The notes beneath the pieces are model-generated. The model did not search any database. It was not told where the DNA came from and saw only the letters and a list, made by a program, of their open reading frames with translations. This document shows positions 1 to 9,891 of a stretch of DNA of 64,000 bases, piece by piece. How positions within the stretch are numbered: the stretch's first letter is position 1; each line of letters opens with the position of its first letter. The DNA lies in NCBI GenBank assembly GCA_964618765.1, contig CAZUDZ010000002.1, positions 66,129 to 130,128 of the forward strand, given 5' to 3'. Position numbers and translations under genes: made by a program. This DNA is from an uncultured Candidatus Saccharibacteria bacterium. GTDB lineage: Bacteria > Patescibacteriota > Dojkabacteria > SC72.

Positions 1-396
1 TTTGTTTTAGACAGAAAGAATAATGACCTTACAGAGGAGATCAATAATAAGGTAGTACTTCTTTCAAATGAAAACTGGAAGAAAAATGCAATTCTTTTTG
101 ATAACTATCAAATACTTCTTACTAATGTTAAGGAAATAAAGACAGGACAAGATTTGAATTCCAATGAGATAAGTGAATTGATCAGTGGGATTCCTGCATC
201 TTTTAATTTACAATCCTTTTCTTACGACCAAGGTAGGGTGTCCTTGCATATCACTTCTTCAAACTTAGATACAGTTAAAAACTATGAATCTGCACTTAAG
301 GGAAATCCTGGTTATTATGATGTTCGATTTACTATAACCAAAGAGGATGCAGAGATTAGTGTAAGGGTAACTTTTAATTTATTCCCTACCGAGTAG
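1..396 (+). CDS. PilN-like type IV pilus assembly protein (5'-partial)
   Basis: Frame 1 is open from base 1 (FVLDRKNNDL...) to TAG at 394-396; C-terminal beta-alpha-beta pattern like PilN; directly upstream of a PilO-like gene. Confidence 0.6.
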   Translation, partial: FVLDRKNNDLTEEINNKVVLLSNENWKKNAILFDNYQILLTNVKEIKTGQDLNSNEISELISGIPASFNLQSFSYDQGRVSLHITSSNLDTVKNYESALKGNPGYYDVRFTITKEDAEISVRVTFNLFPTE

Positions 397-413
397 GGAA
401 AATATTTGATTAA

Positions 414-1028
414 ATGGCAGAGAAAAAAGTAAATACAGCAGAATATATAAAGATAATAAAGGAATCTCCCGAAAAGCAGAGATCATATATCTTCTTTGGG
501 TTCTCTCTCATTGTGGCTATCCTCTTAATACTGTTTGCAATTCGCCCTACCGTTACAACAATTTCTAGAATAAACAAAGAGATGAAAGAAAAGGCAAGAA
601 TCAATACCCTTTTGGAGCAAAAAATAAACACTCTTAATGATTTAGATAAAGAGTATGCAACTAATAGGGAAGCCTTTGATGCTTTGAAATTAGTTTATCC
701 GGCAGACAATAACTTTAGTCTTTTTTTGTCCAATATTGAGGCAATAACTGCAAGAAATGGATTCTCTCTTTCCTCTGTGAAGTTCGATAAGTACAGGGGA
801 AAAGAATACTCTCTAAATACAACAGTTCTCGTTCCCCACTCTGTTTCTTTTACTATAAGAGGGAGGCAAGTAAATATAATTGCCTTACTTAGGGATCTAG
901 AAGAGCTACCCATGTATCCAGTTGTAGAATCTCTGTCCTACTCTACTCAGGAGGGTTCAGATGGTTTAAGCTCTTTTAGTATAAGTCTAAGAATATACCG
1001 TATTGAGAATGATAATTTTTACAACTAA
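414..1028 (+). CDS. pilO: Type IV pilus assembly protein PilO-like
   Basis: N-terminal TM (FFGFSLIVAILLILFAIRP), coiled coil, C-terminal 'LLRDLEELP...VESLS' PilO/EpsM-like fold. Confidence 0.7.
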   Translation: MAEKKVNTAEYIKIIKESPEKQRSYIFFGFSLIVAILLILFAIRPTVTTISRINKEMKEKARINTLLEQKINTLNDLDKEYATNREAFDALKLVYPADNNFSLFLSNIEAITARNGFSLSSVKFDKYRGKEYSLNTTVLVPHSVSFTIRGRQVNIIALLRDLEELPMYPVVESLSYSTQEGSDGLSSFSISLRIYRIENDNFYN

Positions 1029-1032
1029 ATGA

Positions 1033-1269
1033 ATGGAAATAATTAAGAGAACTTTAGCCGCTTTAGTAATGTTATGTGTTGTGATATTGGTATGGGTCGG
1101 CTTTTACATATACTTTGAGAGCACAAATATTGATATAAATTCTAATGCTGAGAATTACACAAAGCAGCTCAAAAGCAATTTCGATTTAGAAGAGTTGGAA
1201 GAAATTAGTGAAAAGGTGGAAAATAATTTTCCTGTGGCCCCCGAAGTCTTTCTTTCTTTAGTTGATTAG
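1033..1269 (+). CDS. Small single-TM hypothetical protein, last gene of the pil operon
   Basis: 78 aa ORF with N-terminal hydrophobic helix, 4 nt after pilO. Confidence 0.65.
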   Translation: MEIIKRTLAALVMLCVVILVWVGFYIYFESTNIDINSNAENYTKQLKSNFDLEELEEISEKVENNFPVAPEVFLSLVD

Positions 1270-1272
1270 TTA

Positions 1273-2352
1273 CTAATCAATATAATCATCGAGTTTCTGT
1301 TGTGCTGATTTCTCTTTTAATTTCTTTAGAGCTTTTGCTTCTATCTGCCTAATTCTCTCTCTTGTTACTCCAAATTCTTTCCCTACCTCTTCTAAGGTTC
1401 TAGAGACTCCATCATCTAGCCCAAACCTAAGTGAAAGGACACGCCTTTCTCTGTCCTGTAAGCTATCAAGAATTTCATGAAGTTGGTTCTTAAGATACTC
1501 TCCAGTAGCATAATCCTCTGGAGATTGTGACCAATCATCGGGAATAATGTCTTGTAGTTTACTATCCTTTTCCTCTCCTATAGGTGTAGCTAGGGAAGTA
1601 GGATTCTGTTTAATCTTCCTAATTTCTGCTATTCTTTCTACTTCAATATCCATTTCTTTTGCAATCTCTTCATCGGTAGGAGGTCTTCCTAGCTTAGTGG
1701 CTAAAATATTTCCTGTTTTATTAAACTTGTTAATAGTTTCTATCATATGTACTGGAATACGAATAGTTCTTGCTTGGTCAGCAATTGCCCTTGTAATAGC
1801 CTGTCGAATCCACCATGTGGCATATGTAGAGAACTTAAATCCTTTTCTGTAATCAAATTTCTCAACAGCTCTCATTAAACCGACATTTCCTTCCTGTATA
1901 AGATCTAGGAGTTCGAGATTGCTTTTACTATACTTCTTGGCAATACTTACAACTAACCTTAAATTAGCAGTTGTTAGCAATTGACGAGCCTCGTTGTCTC
2001 CTTTCTCCATTCGTTTCGCTAGGATAACTTCCTCTTCCTTTGTGAGTAAAGGGATCCTACCAATCTCGTATAGATACGATCTTATGGCATCAGTAGAAAC
2101 ATTTGTTTGAATAGTTTTTAAAATTCGGATCTTCTTTTCTAAGGTAAGTTCCTCTTTTGTTTCTACAGGGATATCCTCCTCAGGTTCTAATACCTCTATC
2201 TCGTTCTTCTGTAATTTCTCAAAGATCTCATCTAGAAGATCAATTTCCTCCTCTATGGTAGGAAAAACATCAAGAAGGTCTTCTTGTGTAAGAAATCCTT
2301 GATCTTTCCCCTTTTTAATTAAGTATTTAATGGATTTGCTTTTATCTGACAT
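1273..2352 (-). CDS. rpoD: Primary RNA polymerase sigma-70 factor
   Basis: Region 1.1 ([12 protein letters not shown]), 1.2 ([11 protein letters not shown]), 2 ([44 protein letters not shown]), 4.2 ([24 protein letters not shown]). Confidence 0.97.
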   Translation of the reverse strand: MSDKSKSIKYLIKKGKDQGFLTQEDLLDVFPTIEEEIDLLDEIFEKLQKNEIEVLEPEEDIPVETKEELTLEKKIRILKTIQTNVSTDAIRSYLYEIGRIPLLTKEEEVILAKRMEKGDNEARQLLTTANLRLVVSIAKKYSKSNLELLDLIQEGNVGLMRAVEKFDYRKGFKFSTYATWWIRQAITRAIADQARTIRIPVHMIETINKFNKTGNILATKLGRPPTDEEIAKEMDIEVERIAEIRKIKQNPTSLATPIGEEKDSKLQDIIPDDWSQSPEDYATGEYLKNQLHEILDSLQDRERRVLSLRFGLDDGVSRTLEEVGKEFGVTRERIRQIEAKALKKLKEKSAQQKLDDYID

Positions 2353-2362
2353 TTAGATCTTG

Positions 2363-2375
2363 TGGTATAATTTTA
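2363..2375. promoter_or_regulatory. Overlapping divergent -10 elements for rpoD and the Zn-ribbon gene
   Basis: + strand TGGTATAAT (2363-2371), 7 nt before ATG 2379; - strand TAAAAT (2375-2370), 17 nt before the rpoD ATG. Confidence 0.6.
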
Positions 2376-2378
2376 TAT

Positions 2379-2717
2379 ATGAATGATAAAGATAATAACA
2401 TACAAGTAAAAAAACAGTTCTTCTTAGACTCTGTCGCAAAGTTTTGTGACAAATGTGGCACTGCGTATAGTACAGACGATGTTAATATAATCCAGAATAC
2501 TGGAGTATCGGTTATTATACACTTTTCCTGTCATAGTTGTAAATCAAGGAACATAGCCACCTATATCCCACCGCTAGGAATGAGCAATAGAGTCCCGGTA
2601 AATTCCGATCTTACAGTTGGGGAAATTAAGAAATTTGCAAATCGGGACGAAGTAACTTTGGAAGAGATATTAAAGCTGTACACGCATCTTAAAGAGAACA
2701 GCAAAGTTTCTGTTTAA
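2379..2717 (+). CDS. Hypothetical Zn-ribbon protein
   Basis: CDKC...CHSC pairs, 112 aa, own extended -10 promoter. Confidence 0.75.
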   Translation: MNDKDNNIQVKKQFFLDSVAKFCDKCGTAYSTDDVNIIQNTGVSVIIHFSCHSCKSRNIATYIPPLGMSNRVPVNSDLTVGEIKKFANRDEVTLEEILKLYTHLKENSKVSV

Positions 2718-2728
2718 GAAGTGTTTAG

Positions 2729-5725
2729 CTAGTTAGGAATTCTCCATACTATTGGGAACTTTAAGTCTTGATTGAGTTCAAATCTCCCTGAGAGTTGGTT
2801 ACTGATACTATTAAGGCCCTTGGAGCTTTCTAAATTCCATGTGGATGGGTAAGTGACATCTAGCTTGTATGCATGTCTCTTTTCTCCAGGCTGTTTGAAC
2901 AGATCTACAGTGAAGAAGGCATTCTGTTCCTGCAAAACGATTGGGAAGCTAGATCCCTGTGAGTCTCTTTCGATTCTGTAGGATATTTCCAAAGTATTTG
3001 TAGATTGAATGGGAGTATTAAACCAACCACCTATAACTTTAAAACCACTCTCTCTATATGTACTATACTCATTATTTTCAAACCCACTAATCTTTAGGAT
3101 CGTAGCCTCTGGTGGGAGGTAGATTCTTTGGTAGTTAACATACTCTCCCTCTGGGTAATTTGTAGAGGTAGAAGTATTCTCTACGGTTAAGGAGTAAGTG
3201 AAATCTACGGTATCCGTATCTTTTATGTTTATCAGAAGATTGTGGTTCTTATCCAAATACAAATTTGCTTTATTCCCTCCCCAGTTCCAATCTATCCCTA
3301 TTGGGGCATTGTTATACTCAAAGCTCATGGAGTTTGCCCAGTTCCTGTAGGCAAAGAAATTAAAAGCATCTCTGTTTTTAAATGTTGCTTGAAGATGTTT
3401 TTCGTCTAGGGTGTTTGTAAAAATATCAGCAAGCTCAATTAATTCCATAGCATTCATAGAAAGGATCTTTTTGACAATCTCGTTTGCAAGATTAGCAAGG
3501 AAAGTTGTTTTTTGAGTTGAACCCGGAGTAAACTCCTCGTGCATTTCAAATATTCTGCCGTAAAGATTCTCTGCTGTTATGAGTTCTCTTTCTCCTGGCA
3601 CTTCAATTCCTCCCCATTTCTCAAGAAGCTTTTGGATAAAGGTTACATCTATTGTAATCAACCCATCTAAAGCAACCCCTTTTCCTAAATTCCTCACAAA
3701 AGGTTCTGCTTCGTTTAGAGTGTCAAGAAGGTCAGGATACCAGTTTATTAAAGCAAAAGGCCACTGTGTAATTTCTAAAGCATTAGCCATAGACCTAGGA
3801 GGAGTGTATCTTTTATTCTGTATGCTTAACATACCGTCTGCATTGTATATATCATCAACAAAAAGTTCTCGTATCTGTCCACCCTCTATACCAATAATCC
3901 CATAACTAGTCAGCCAGCCACCAGTACTTCTTAATTCCCCTTCGTTCTGAAGAAAAATTAGATATCGTTTCCGTTCTGTGACTCCTAGTAGGTCGGGTAG
4001 GAAAGAGTTTATCTCCTTAAAATTCTTAGTCCCTTGCTCTAATTCTGTTATGATATCCTTTATTTCTAAAACCTTCTCTTGGAGAACTTCAGGGAAAATA
4101 GCTGTATTAAGGTCATTAATAATTTGAGAGGCAAGGGATATCTTGTAGGAGGCCTCTACTAATCTGTAATCATTCTTCTTCATTCCTTCTAAATAACTTC
4201 TGTACTCCCTAGTGGTCGTCGGAGTTGCTGTTTGGAAGTCTAATGCAGGTTCAAAGTCATGGATATACTCAGTCAGAGGGAAGGCAGCCTCTACTAGCTC
4301 CTTAGCTCCCTGTACAGTATATTGTGCCCCTAGTATTAGCTGAGTACTGTTGTCATACAGTTCATCCTGTTTGGTGATTTTAAAAATCCAGTACATGCTA
4401 TCTACACTCTGGGCGACTCTATCCACATTTCTACTCATTCTCTCCACCGTTTTTCTTGTTTGGGTTTGATCTATATCCAATACAGATGTAGTCAATTCCT
4501 TCGCCGAAGAATTAATCAAAAATACTCCAATCAGTGTTCCAATAACGGGATAGATTAGAAAGTATGTTAATGCTAATAGACCAAGGGAAGAAAGAGTTAT
4601 TGTAAGAAGCTTTTTAATATCAAATACTTTGTTTCTCTCTCTTCTAACAACTTTTTTAAGAGGAGAGAAAATTCCCGAGAGAAATTCTCCAAGCTTTGTT
4701 TTCCCCACTGTGACCGTATCTTTTTTCTTCTGTGTTTTCTCTTTCTTTTCTATATCCCAAGTTTTGTTTGTATTCTCGTAATATTTCTGAATCTGCTCTA
4801 CTAAAGCCTCCTCCAAAATCACCTGTTGAACCCATCCATACTTAGTGGCATGTGGTGCTGGAACATAAAGGTCCTGGATGATAAATTGACTCTCTGGATT
4901 TTCAACAAATCTAATCGTTTGAGCTTCGGTATTAAGCTCTAAAAGCTTGTATGCTAAAGACAAGGTAGTATAGTCATTCTTATTTGCTAAAGAAATAACC
5001 TCCCCCTTTGTATTGTCAGAAAAAGAGAGTTTCAAAATGCCGTAAGTAGCATCAGCCTCATGGATCAAAGAGTGGATATCTAAGCCCTCACCCTTTATAA
5101 CTATCTGATTTCTCTGCACGCTATCACTTAACAATTCATCTAGTATCTCGTTATCTACCCTCTCTACACCTTTCCCAATTACTGTCCCCAACCTTAAAAT
5201 CCTAAGGTTAAGATCAGATTTGTCTTTGAACTCAGCAGCCAAAGTCTCAGAGTATTTCTGTAACTCCATATTTGAATATGGTGAGGGAGTAGCTAATTTC
5301 TCGTTATTTACCCTGTTTGCAAGCTCACGGTTTAATGGTAAGGAAGTAATGAGAGAAAACTTCGCATGATTCTTTTTGCTGTTTACAAGTGTATCTTCTA
5401 ATATTTTTGTCTCATTAAGAAACTCCTTGCTGTCAAACTCTTCCTGAGCGAGACGACTGTTTAGAAAATAGAAGAGATAATCAAACCTTTTAATATTCTT
5501 AAAGAGAGAATTAAAACCCTTAAAATCAAAGAAGTCAAAGAGCTCAGATTTTTTTAATTCAGAAAGGTACTTCTTAGTCTCACTATTAAACCGATCTATT
5601 ATGACAACATAACAACCTTGCTCTATCAAGGTTTTTGCAGTCAGATAGCCGATTCTATTGCCCCCATGTACAATAATTGAAATTGGGGTTTGTGGCTTAA
5701 TTTTATTTAATCTTAAGTTACTCAT
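2729..5725 (-). CDS. Membrane protein: degenerate NAD-dependent epimerase/SDR domain fused to DUF4012 domain
   Basis: N-terminal IIVHGGNRIG Rossmann-like start; TM at about aa 373-405; DUF4012-type motif YLIFLQNEGELRSTGGWLTSYG, ANLY, FKQPG. Confidence 0.8.
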   Translation of the reverse strand: MSNLRLNKIKPQTPISIIVHGGNRIGYLTAKTLIEQGCYVVIIDRFNSETKKYLSELKKSELFDFFDFKGFNSLFKNIKRFDYLFYFLNSRLAQEEFDSKEFLNETKILEDTLVNSKKNHAKFSLITSLPLNRELANRVNNEKLATPSPYSNMELQKYSETLAAEFKDKSDLNLRILRLGTVIGKGVERVDNEILDELLSDSVQRNQIVIKGEGLDIHSLIHEADATYGILKLSFSDNTKGEVISLANKNDYTTLSLAYKLLELNTEAQTIRFVENPESQFIIQDLYVPAPHATKYGWVQQVILEEALVEQIQKYYENTNKTWDIEKKEKTQKKKDTVTVGKTKLGEFLSGIFSPLKKVVRRERNKVFDIKKLLTITLSSLGLLALTYFLIYPVIGTLIGVFLINSSAKELTTSVLDIDQTQTRKTVERMSRNVDRVAQSVDSMYWIFKITKQDELYDNSTQLILGAQYTVQGAKELVEAAFPLTEYIHDFEPALDFQTATPTTTREYRSYLEGMKKNDYRLVEASYKISLASQIINDLNTAIFPEVLQEKVLEIKDIITELEQGTKNFKEINSFLPDLLGVTERKRYLIFLQNEGELRSTGGWLTSYGIIGIEGGQIRELFVDDIYNADGMLSIQNKRYTPPRSMANALEITQWPFALINWYPDLLDTLNEAEPFVRNLGKGVALDGLITIDVTFIQKLLEKWGGIEVPGERELITAENLYGRIFEMHEEFTPGSTQKTTFLANLANEIVKKILSMNAMELIELADIFTNTLDEKHLQATFKNRDAFNFFAYRNWANSMSFEYNNAPIGIDWNWGGNKANLYLDKNHNLLINIKDTDTVDFTYSLTVENTSTSTNYPEGEYVNYQRIYLPPEATILKISGFENNEYSTYRESGFKVIGGWFNTPIQSTNTLEISYRIERDSQGSSFPIVLQEQNAFFTVDLFKQPGEKRHAYKLDVTYPSTWNLESSKGLNSISNQLSGRFELNQDLKFPIVWRIPN

Positions 5726-6422
5726 TTAGAACCTCCTCTACTTGTACTTCTTCTTCCTCCTCTTGGTCTTTAGAGGGATCATCCTTCTTGACTGTATCAA
5801 AAATAACAGGAATGGGGAAGTGGAAAGTTTTTAGATTTAACACATAATTATTTCTGATTAGAACTGGAATTTCAACACTTTCTGCTCCTGTAGGAACAAC
5901 TTTAATGTTGTATTGGCTTTCTTTTAGACTTAAATTCGTAACAGGAGAAACTTTAAGAAATTCTCCATCAAGGAAAACTCTTGCATCATCAGAATTACTA
6001 ATAACAGAGAGGAAACCTTCTTGCGAAGATGTTCTAACGGGGGTGTAATAAAGGATTATTCCTTGTAGTAAATCATCTGGACCGATCTCTAGATCTATTC
6101 TAGCAGAAGTATTTCTAGTTAATTGAATTTGAAACGCCTGTTTATTGTAGAAGGAAGATTCTCCAACAATTCTTTCTAGCTCTACCAGGTATGTTCCTTC
6201 TGCTAGGTTTTCTATTGTTGTTGGGGTCTCTCCATAGTCCTTTCCATCTATCCAGATTTTAGCAACTCCTTTTTTGGTTGTGATTTCTAAGGTTGTGTTA
6301 TTGTAGAACTGATTAATTATGGGGAGTTGTCCAATCAGTTGATTTAGAGGGAGAAAGTATAGCAGAATAGATACTGCTATTACAGAAACAATTATTATTA
6401 AAGCAGTTTTACTCTTTTTCAT
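5718..6422 (-). CDS. PEGA-domain membrane-anchored surface protein
   Basis: N-terminal TM; two PEGA-like repeats (AKIWIDGKDYGETP, ARVFLDGEFLKVSP); ATG 6422 preferred to TTG 6431 because TATAAT lies at 6436-6431. Confidence 0.8.
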   Translation of the reverse strand: MKKSKTALIIIVSVIAVSILLYFLPLNQLIGQLPIINQFYNNTTLEITTKKGVAKIWIDGKDYGETPTTIENLAEGTYLVELERIVGESSFYNKQAFQIQLTRNTSARIDLEIGPDDLLQGIILYYTPVRTSSQEGFLSVISNSDDARVFLDGEFLKVSPVTNLSLKESQYNIKVVPTGAESVEIPVLIRNNYVLNLKTFHFPIPVIFDTVKKDDPSKDQEEEEEVQVEEVLNE

Positions 6423-6527
6423 TATTCCCAATTATATGCACTAAGAAGCCAGGCTTCCAGGCCCTATAGTATCTTCCTAGTGGGAAAGATATTGTCATCT
6501 TGATATAAAGGGAGTTTTAACCTTGAC

Positions 6528-7730
6528 TTAGTAAGAGTATTTTGACTCAGGACTTTCTTGCTTCTGTTTGTTTTCCTTTCGCCTGGAAGCCTTTACATTT
6601 ATATATACTACGAAACCTATTCCTAAAGCCAAAGAAATAGTCAGTGCGAAATAGCGCAGAGCACCAGTCGTTAATATCGCAAAAGAGCCAAGGAAGAGTG
6701 TAACGGACATTTCTGTTAAAACTAACTGAGACCTAGAGAGCTCAAGTTTCATTAACTGATGATGTAAATGGTCAGGTCCGCTTAATTTCATTAATTCACC
6801 AAGACTTTTTGGTTTGTGAGTAATATATCTTTTAATTATTACATAGATAAAATCTATTAAGGGAAGAATAAGTAGCATTATTGTAGTAGAAATCTTAGCG
6901 TCTGCAACAAGAGCCAGTATACAAATAAGAAAGCCATAGACGGATTTCCCCGCCGATCCCGTCATTATTTTTTGAGGTGGAAAGGCGAAAATCAAAAAAG
7001 CAAGTAACCCTCCTCCGATGAAGATACTAACGGTAGAGGAGAAAACAGATGAATCCCTTATGGCGATAATGAATATTAGTGAAAATATTACCAAGGAATT
7101 TGCTTCTATGATTCCCGGAGAACCTGCAGTCCATTTAACAGAATTAATACAAACAAGAATCCAGAAAAAGAGGAATATATCGCCAGGGAGAGAAAGAGAC
7201 TGCTGTATTCCTAGTACAGAGAAATTTAAATTAAAGAAGTTTAAATCAATATCAAAGAAAGGTATGGAATTTATACTTAAAATAGAGAGTGCTATTATCC
7301 CTGCAGCCATAACCTGGTAAATGATTTGTACTTTAGCTGGCAAATTCAAGACATCATCCAATGTTGCACCAACAATCAACACTACAAGGGCCACAACAAT
7401 GGGGATTGTAAAACTGTTAAGCTCAAAGAAAAACAGAATTGCTAGTAGAGCAGGGATTGTAATCGCTACCCCTCCTAGAGATGGAGTTATCCCTTCATGC
7501 AGGGCTTTCTGGGAGTTATCTGAATCTCTCCTTCCAACTCTTGGAATATATGTAATCCCATATTTTGAAGCGATATTACCTAATAACGGAGCCAAAAAAA
7601 GGGAAATCACAAAACCGATTAAAAATACCGGCCAGTATTCCAGATACTTGCCATACTCTGTTCCTTGGGCGAATACAGGAAATTGATTAATAAAAGCAGA
7701 GAAATACGATGTCGTAGATGAAAAATCCAT
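6528..7730 (-). CDS. WecA/TagO/MraY-family polyprenyl-phosphate HexNAc-1-phosphate transferase (GT4)
   Basis: About 11 TM; motifs TPSLGG, GATLDD, FPPQKIMTG, DHLHH (WecA-type). Confidence 0.85.
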   Translation of the reverse strand: MDFSSTTSYFSAFINQFPVFAQGTEYGKYLEYWPVFLIGFVISLFLAPLLGNIASKYGITYIPRVGRRDSDNSQKALHEGITPSLGGVAITIPALLAILFFFELNSFTIPIVVALVVLIVGATLDDVLNLPAKVQIIYQVMAAGIIALSILSINSIPFFDIDLNFFNLNFSVLGIQQSLSLPGDIFLFFWILVCINSVKWTAGSPGIIEANSLVIFSLIFIIAIRDSSVFSSTVSIFIGGGLLAFLIFAFPPQKIMTGSAGKSVYGFLICILALVADAKISTTIMLLILPLIDFIYVIIKRYITHKPKSLGELMKLSGPDHLHHQLMKLELSRSQLVLTEMSVTLFLGSFAILTTGALRYFALTISLALGIGFVVYINVKASRRKENKQKQESPESKYSY

Positions 7731-7731
7731 A

Positions 7732-8193
7732 TTAAAAAAGATTAATTAGATCAATTAAAATAAGTGTTTGGGATACGGTACAAAGTATGGAAGAAAAAAG
7801 TAAAAATTTAATTAATATCTTCTCACTATTATAATACCTTGATGTAAAGAGGAAAGAAAGGAGTAAACCTATTACGGAAATTGTTGGGAAGAGAATAATG
7901 TAATCTTTTACTGCTAATTTATTAGAGATAGAGATGAAATATTTAAAAATAGGAACATATGTAGGAAGGTCGGGTAATTTTGTTACTATCAAGTATATTT
8001 GTTGTGCAATCAAAACGGAGCTTATGCTAAAAGTCGCCCATACAAGAGGATCTTTCAGAAATTTTTTTACTTCAAATTTGAGAATTGCTAGGTCAATATT
8101 TCCTTTTATTTTGAAAAACTTGTTTTTGAAGGGTTCTTTTATCCCTAATCCAAGCTGTTCGTTTTTCTCCTTTTTCTCCTCCTTTTTCTTCAT
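7732..8193 (-). CDS. Hypothetical membrane protein (3 TM)
   Basis: 153 aa, hydrophobic helices; TGATATAAT 6 nt upstream of ATG; stop abuts the next gene. Confidence 0.7.
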   Translation of the reverse strand: MKKKEEKKEKNEQLGLGIKEPFKNKFFKIKGNIDLAILKFEVKKFLKDPLVWATFSISSVLIAQQIYLIVTKLPDLPTYVPIFKYFISISNKLAVKDYIILFPTISVIGLLLSFLFTSRYYNSEKILIKFLLFSSILCTVSQTLILIDLINLF

Positions 8194-8212
8194 TCACTTA
8201 TTATATCAAAAG

Positions 8213-8980
8213 CTATCTGATATTACTGAAGAGAAATAAAAAGTCGTCAAGAGAGAGATGCTGTGGTCTTTTTGAAAGAAGAACTTCTGTTTCTTCTTCT
8301 GCGAACAGATAAGAGCCCTTGGTGTTGTTCCTTAAAGTCTTTCGTGGTTGCATAAAAGAAATCTTAAGAAATTTTTCAAAATCTGCAATATTAATCTCAC
8401 CAGGGATATCTTTAGGAGAGAACTTTATAAAAGAGCTAGTAACATTAGGCTTTGGCTTAAAGGAATCTCTTGAGATATCGAAAACCCTTTGTACATCAGC
8501 AAATAGAGAGGTTGTAAGGGAAAGAAGGTTGTTATTGGGCAGTTGGCTAGTATATTTGAGTGCAACCTCCTTTTGAATAATAAAATAACAGTTCATAACG
8601 AAATACTTAGACCTTATAATCTTTTTAATTATTCTCTTACTAACATTGTAAGGTAAGGATCCGAAAAAAAGTATTCTTTTACCAGCATGCTCTTCTAGTT
8701 CTGTAAAATCCCACTGCAGGAAATCATAGTTTTTTACATTAGCATTAGGGTATTGGTCGCACAGTGCTTTTGAGAGAGCATTATCCTTTTCGACAAGAAT
8801 TAAATCTGTGTCCTGTTGAGCTAAAAACTGTGTGAAAGATCCTGTCCCAGGTCCGATTTCTACTATTAAATCGGGCTCTTCTTGAGTAACAATATCGGAG
8901 ATTTGTTCTGCGAGGTTTCTATTTACGAAGAAATTCTGGCCTAAGGATCTCTTGTTTTTTACTTTACCCTGAAGTCCCAT
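8213..8980 (-). CDS. rsmA: 16S rRNA m6,2A1518/1519 dimethyltransferase KsgA
   Basis: SLGQNF, VEIGPGTG, GSLPYNVS, QKEVA, FKPKPNVTS, RKTLRNN. Confidence 0.93.
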   Translation of the reverse strand: MGLQGKVKNKRSLGQNFFVNRNLAEQISDIVTQEEPDLIVEIGPGTGSFTQFLAQQDTDLILVEKDNALSKALCDQYPNANVKNYDFLQWDFTELEEHAGKRILFFGSLPYNVSKRIIKKIIRSKYFVMNCYFIIQKEVALKYTSQLPNNNLLSLTTSLFADVQRVFDISRDSFKPKPNVTSSFIKFSPKDIPGEINIADFEKFLKISFMQPRKTLRNNTKGSYLFAEEETEVLLSKRPQHLSLDDFLFLFSNIR

Positions 8981-9891
8981 ACCTCCTCCTCTTTTTTAAA
9001 TGCCTGAGAGCATTTTTGACATGTAGCAGAATTGTTACTGTTGAAATTGAGATTTCCTTTACAGATAGGACAAATCAGTATGCTTTCTATTGTATCCAAA
9101 TCCTTCTGCTGCTCCTCTTTCTTTCGAAGTTTTGTAGCATACATAATACTTGGTGAGATATTTGTCCAAGAGAGTGTTCTTTGCAATATCTTTTCAAAAA
9201 AGAACATTATTTCTTGGTTAATTAGTCTTTTAATGAAGGGGGAACGCAAAAAAGAACTCCCAAATTTCTTTGTTAGAATAAAATCTTGAGAGATTAATAA
9301 CTTGTGAATATGTTTTGGGTGATAGTTTAAGAAGATTCCTCCATGTTCTTTCTGTGAACCTTCTAGATTTTTCCCTATTGGTTGGTTGTATGGAGATATA
9401 TTAAAGAACTCGAGATTAAATTTCACAAGGGCCTTAATACGGGCTTTAATGTGAATTTTGTTTGGGAATTCCTGTACATATATGGAATCGTTTTTAAAAA
9501 CTCTCCTTGCTTCTTTTAAATATTTTTTAGGTTCTTTGATATGATGTAAAACCCTTATCATCATACCGGCATCAAACACATTATCTCTGAAGGGCATTTT
9601 ATATGCATTTGCAGCTATTAGCTCAATATTTGGGTATTTATTTTTAATAATAGTTCTGTTTCTTTGCAAGGTCTTTAAGGAATAATCAATAATCAAGGGC
9701 TTCTTATATAGATGCGCATATGTAGATACTAACCTTCCATAAGATCCTCCAATATCTAGAAACCATTTTCCTCTCTGTTTGGAGAAGATTTTATCTAGAA
9801 TGTTTTTCTCGGCTAAGTTTTCATACCCTCTCTTCTCCCAGTATGTTGAGTAATCGTAGTTTAGCTTATCGTATTCTGAAATCTCAGTCAT
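8959..9891 (-). CDS. Class I SAM-dependent methyltransferase with C-terminal Trm112-like Zn ribbon
   Basis: FLDIGGSYGR, MPFRDNVFD, RVLHHI; C-terminal ILICPICKGNL...CQKC. Confidence 0.85.
   Translation of the reverse strand: MTEISEYDKLNYDYSTYWEKRGYENLAEKNILDKIFSKQRGKWFLDIGGSYGRLVSTYAHLYKKPLIIDYSLKTLQRNRTIIKNKYPNIELIAANAYKMPFRDNVFDAGMMIRVLHHIKEPKKYLKEARRVFKNDSIYVQEFPNKIHIKARIKALVKFNLEFFNISPYNQPIGKNLEGSQKEHGGIFLNYHPKHIHKLLISQDFILTKKFGSSFLRSPFIKRLINQEIMFFFEKILQRTLSWTNISPSIMYATKLRKKEEQQKDLDTIESILICPICKGNLNFNSNNSATCQKCSQAFKKEEEVWDFRVK

Noticed and set aside
382-400. Hairpin TTCCCTAC-CGA-GTAGGGAA at the pilN/pilO junction
   Set aside because: No U-tract on the coding strand, single instance; may affect mRNA stability but cannot be supported as a terminator
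9884-9886. Alternative genetic code (TGA recoded, code 25/4)
   Set aside because: Long conserved genes are uninterrupted under code 11 and dnaG terminates at a TGA overlapping the next start
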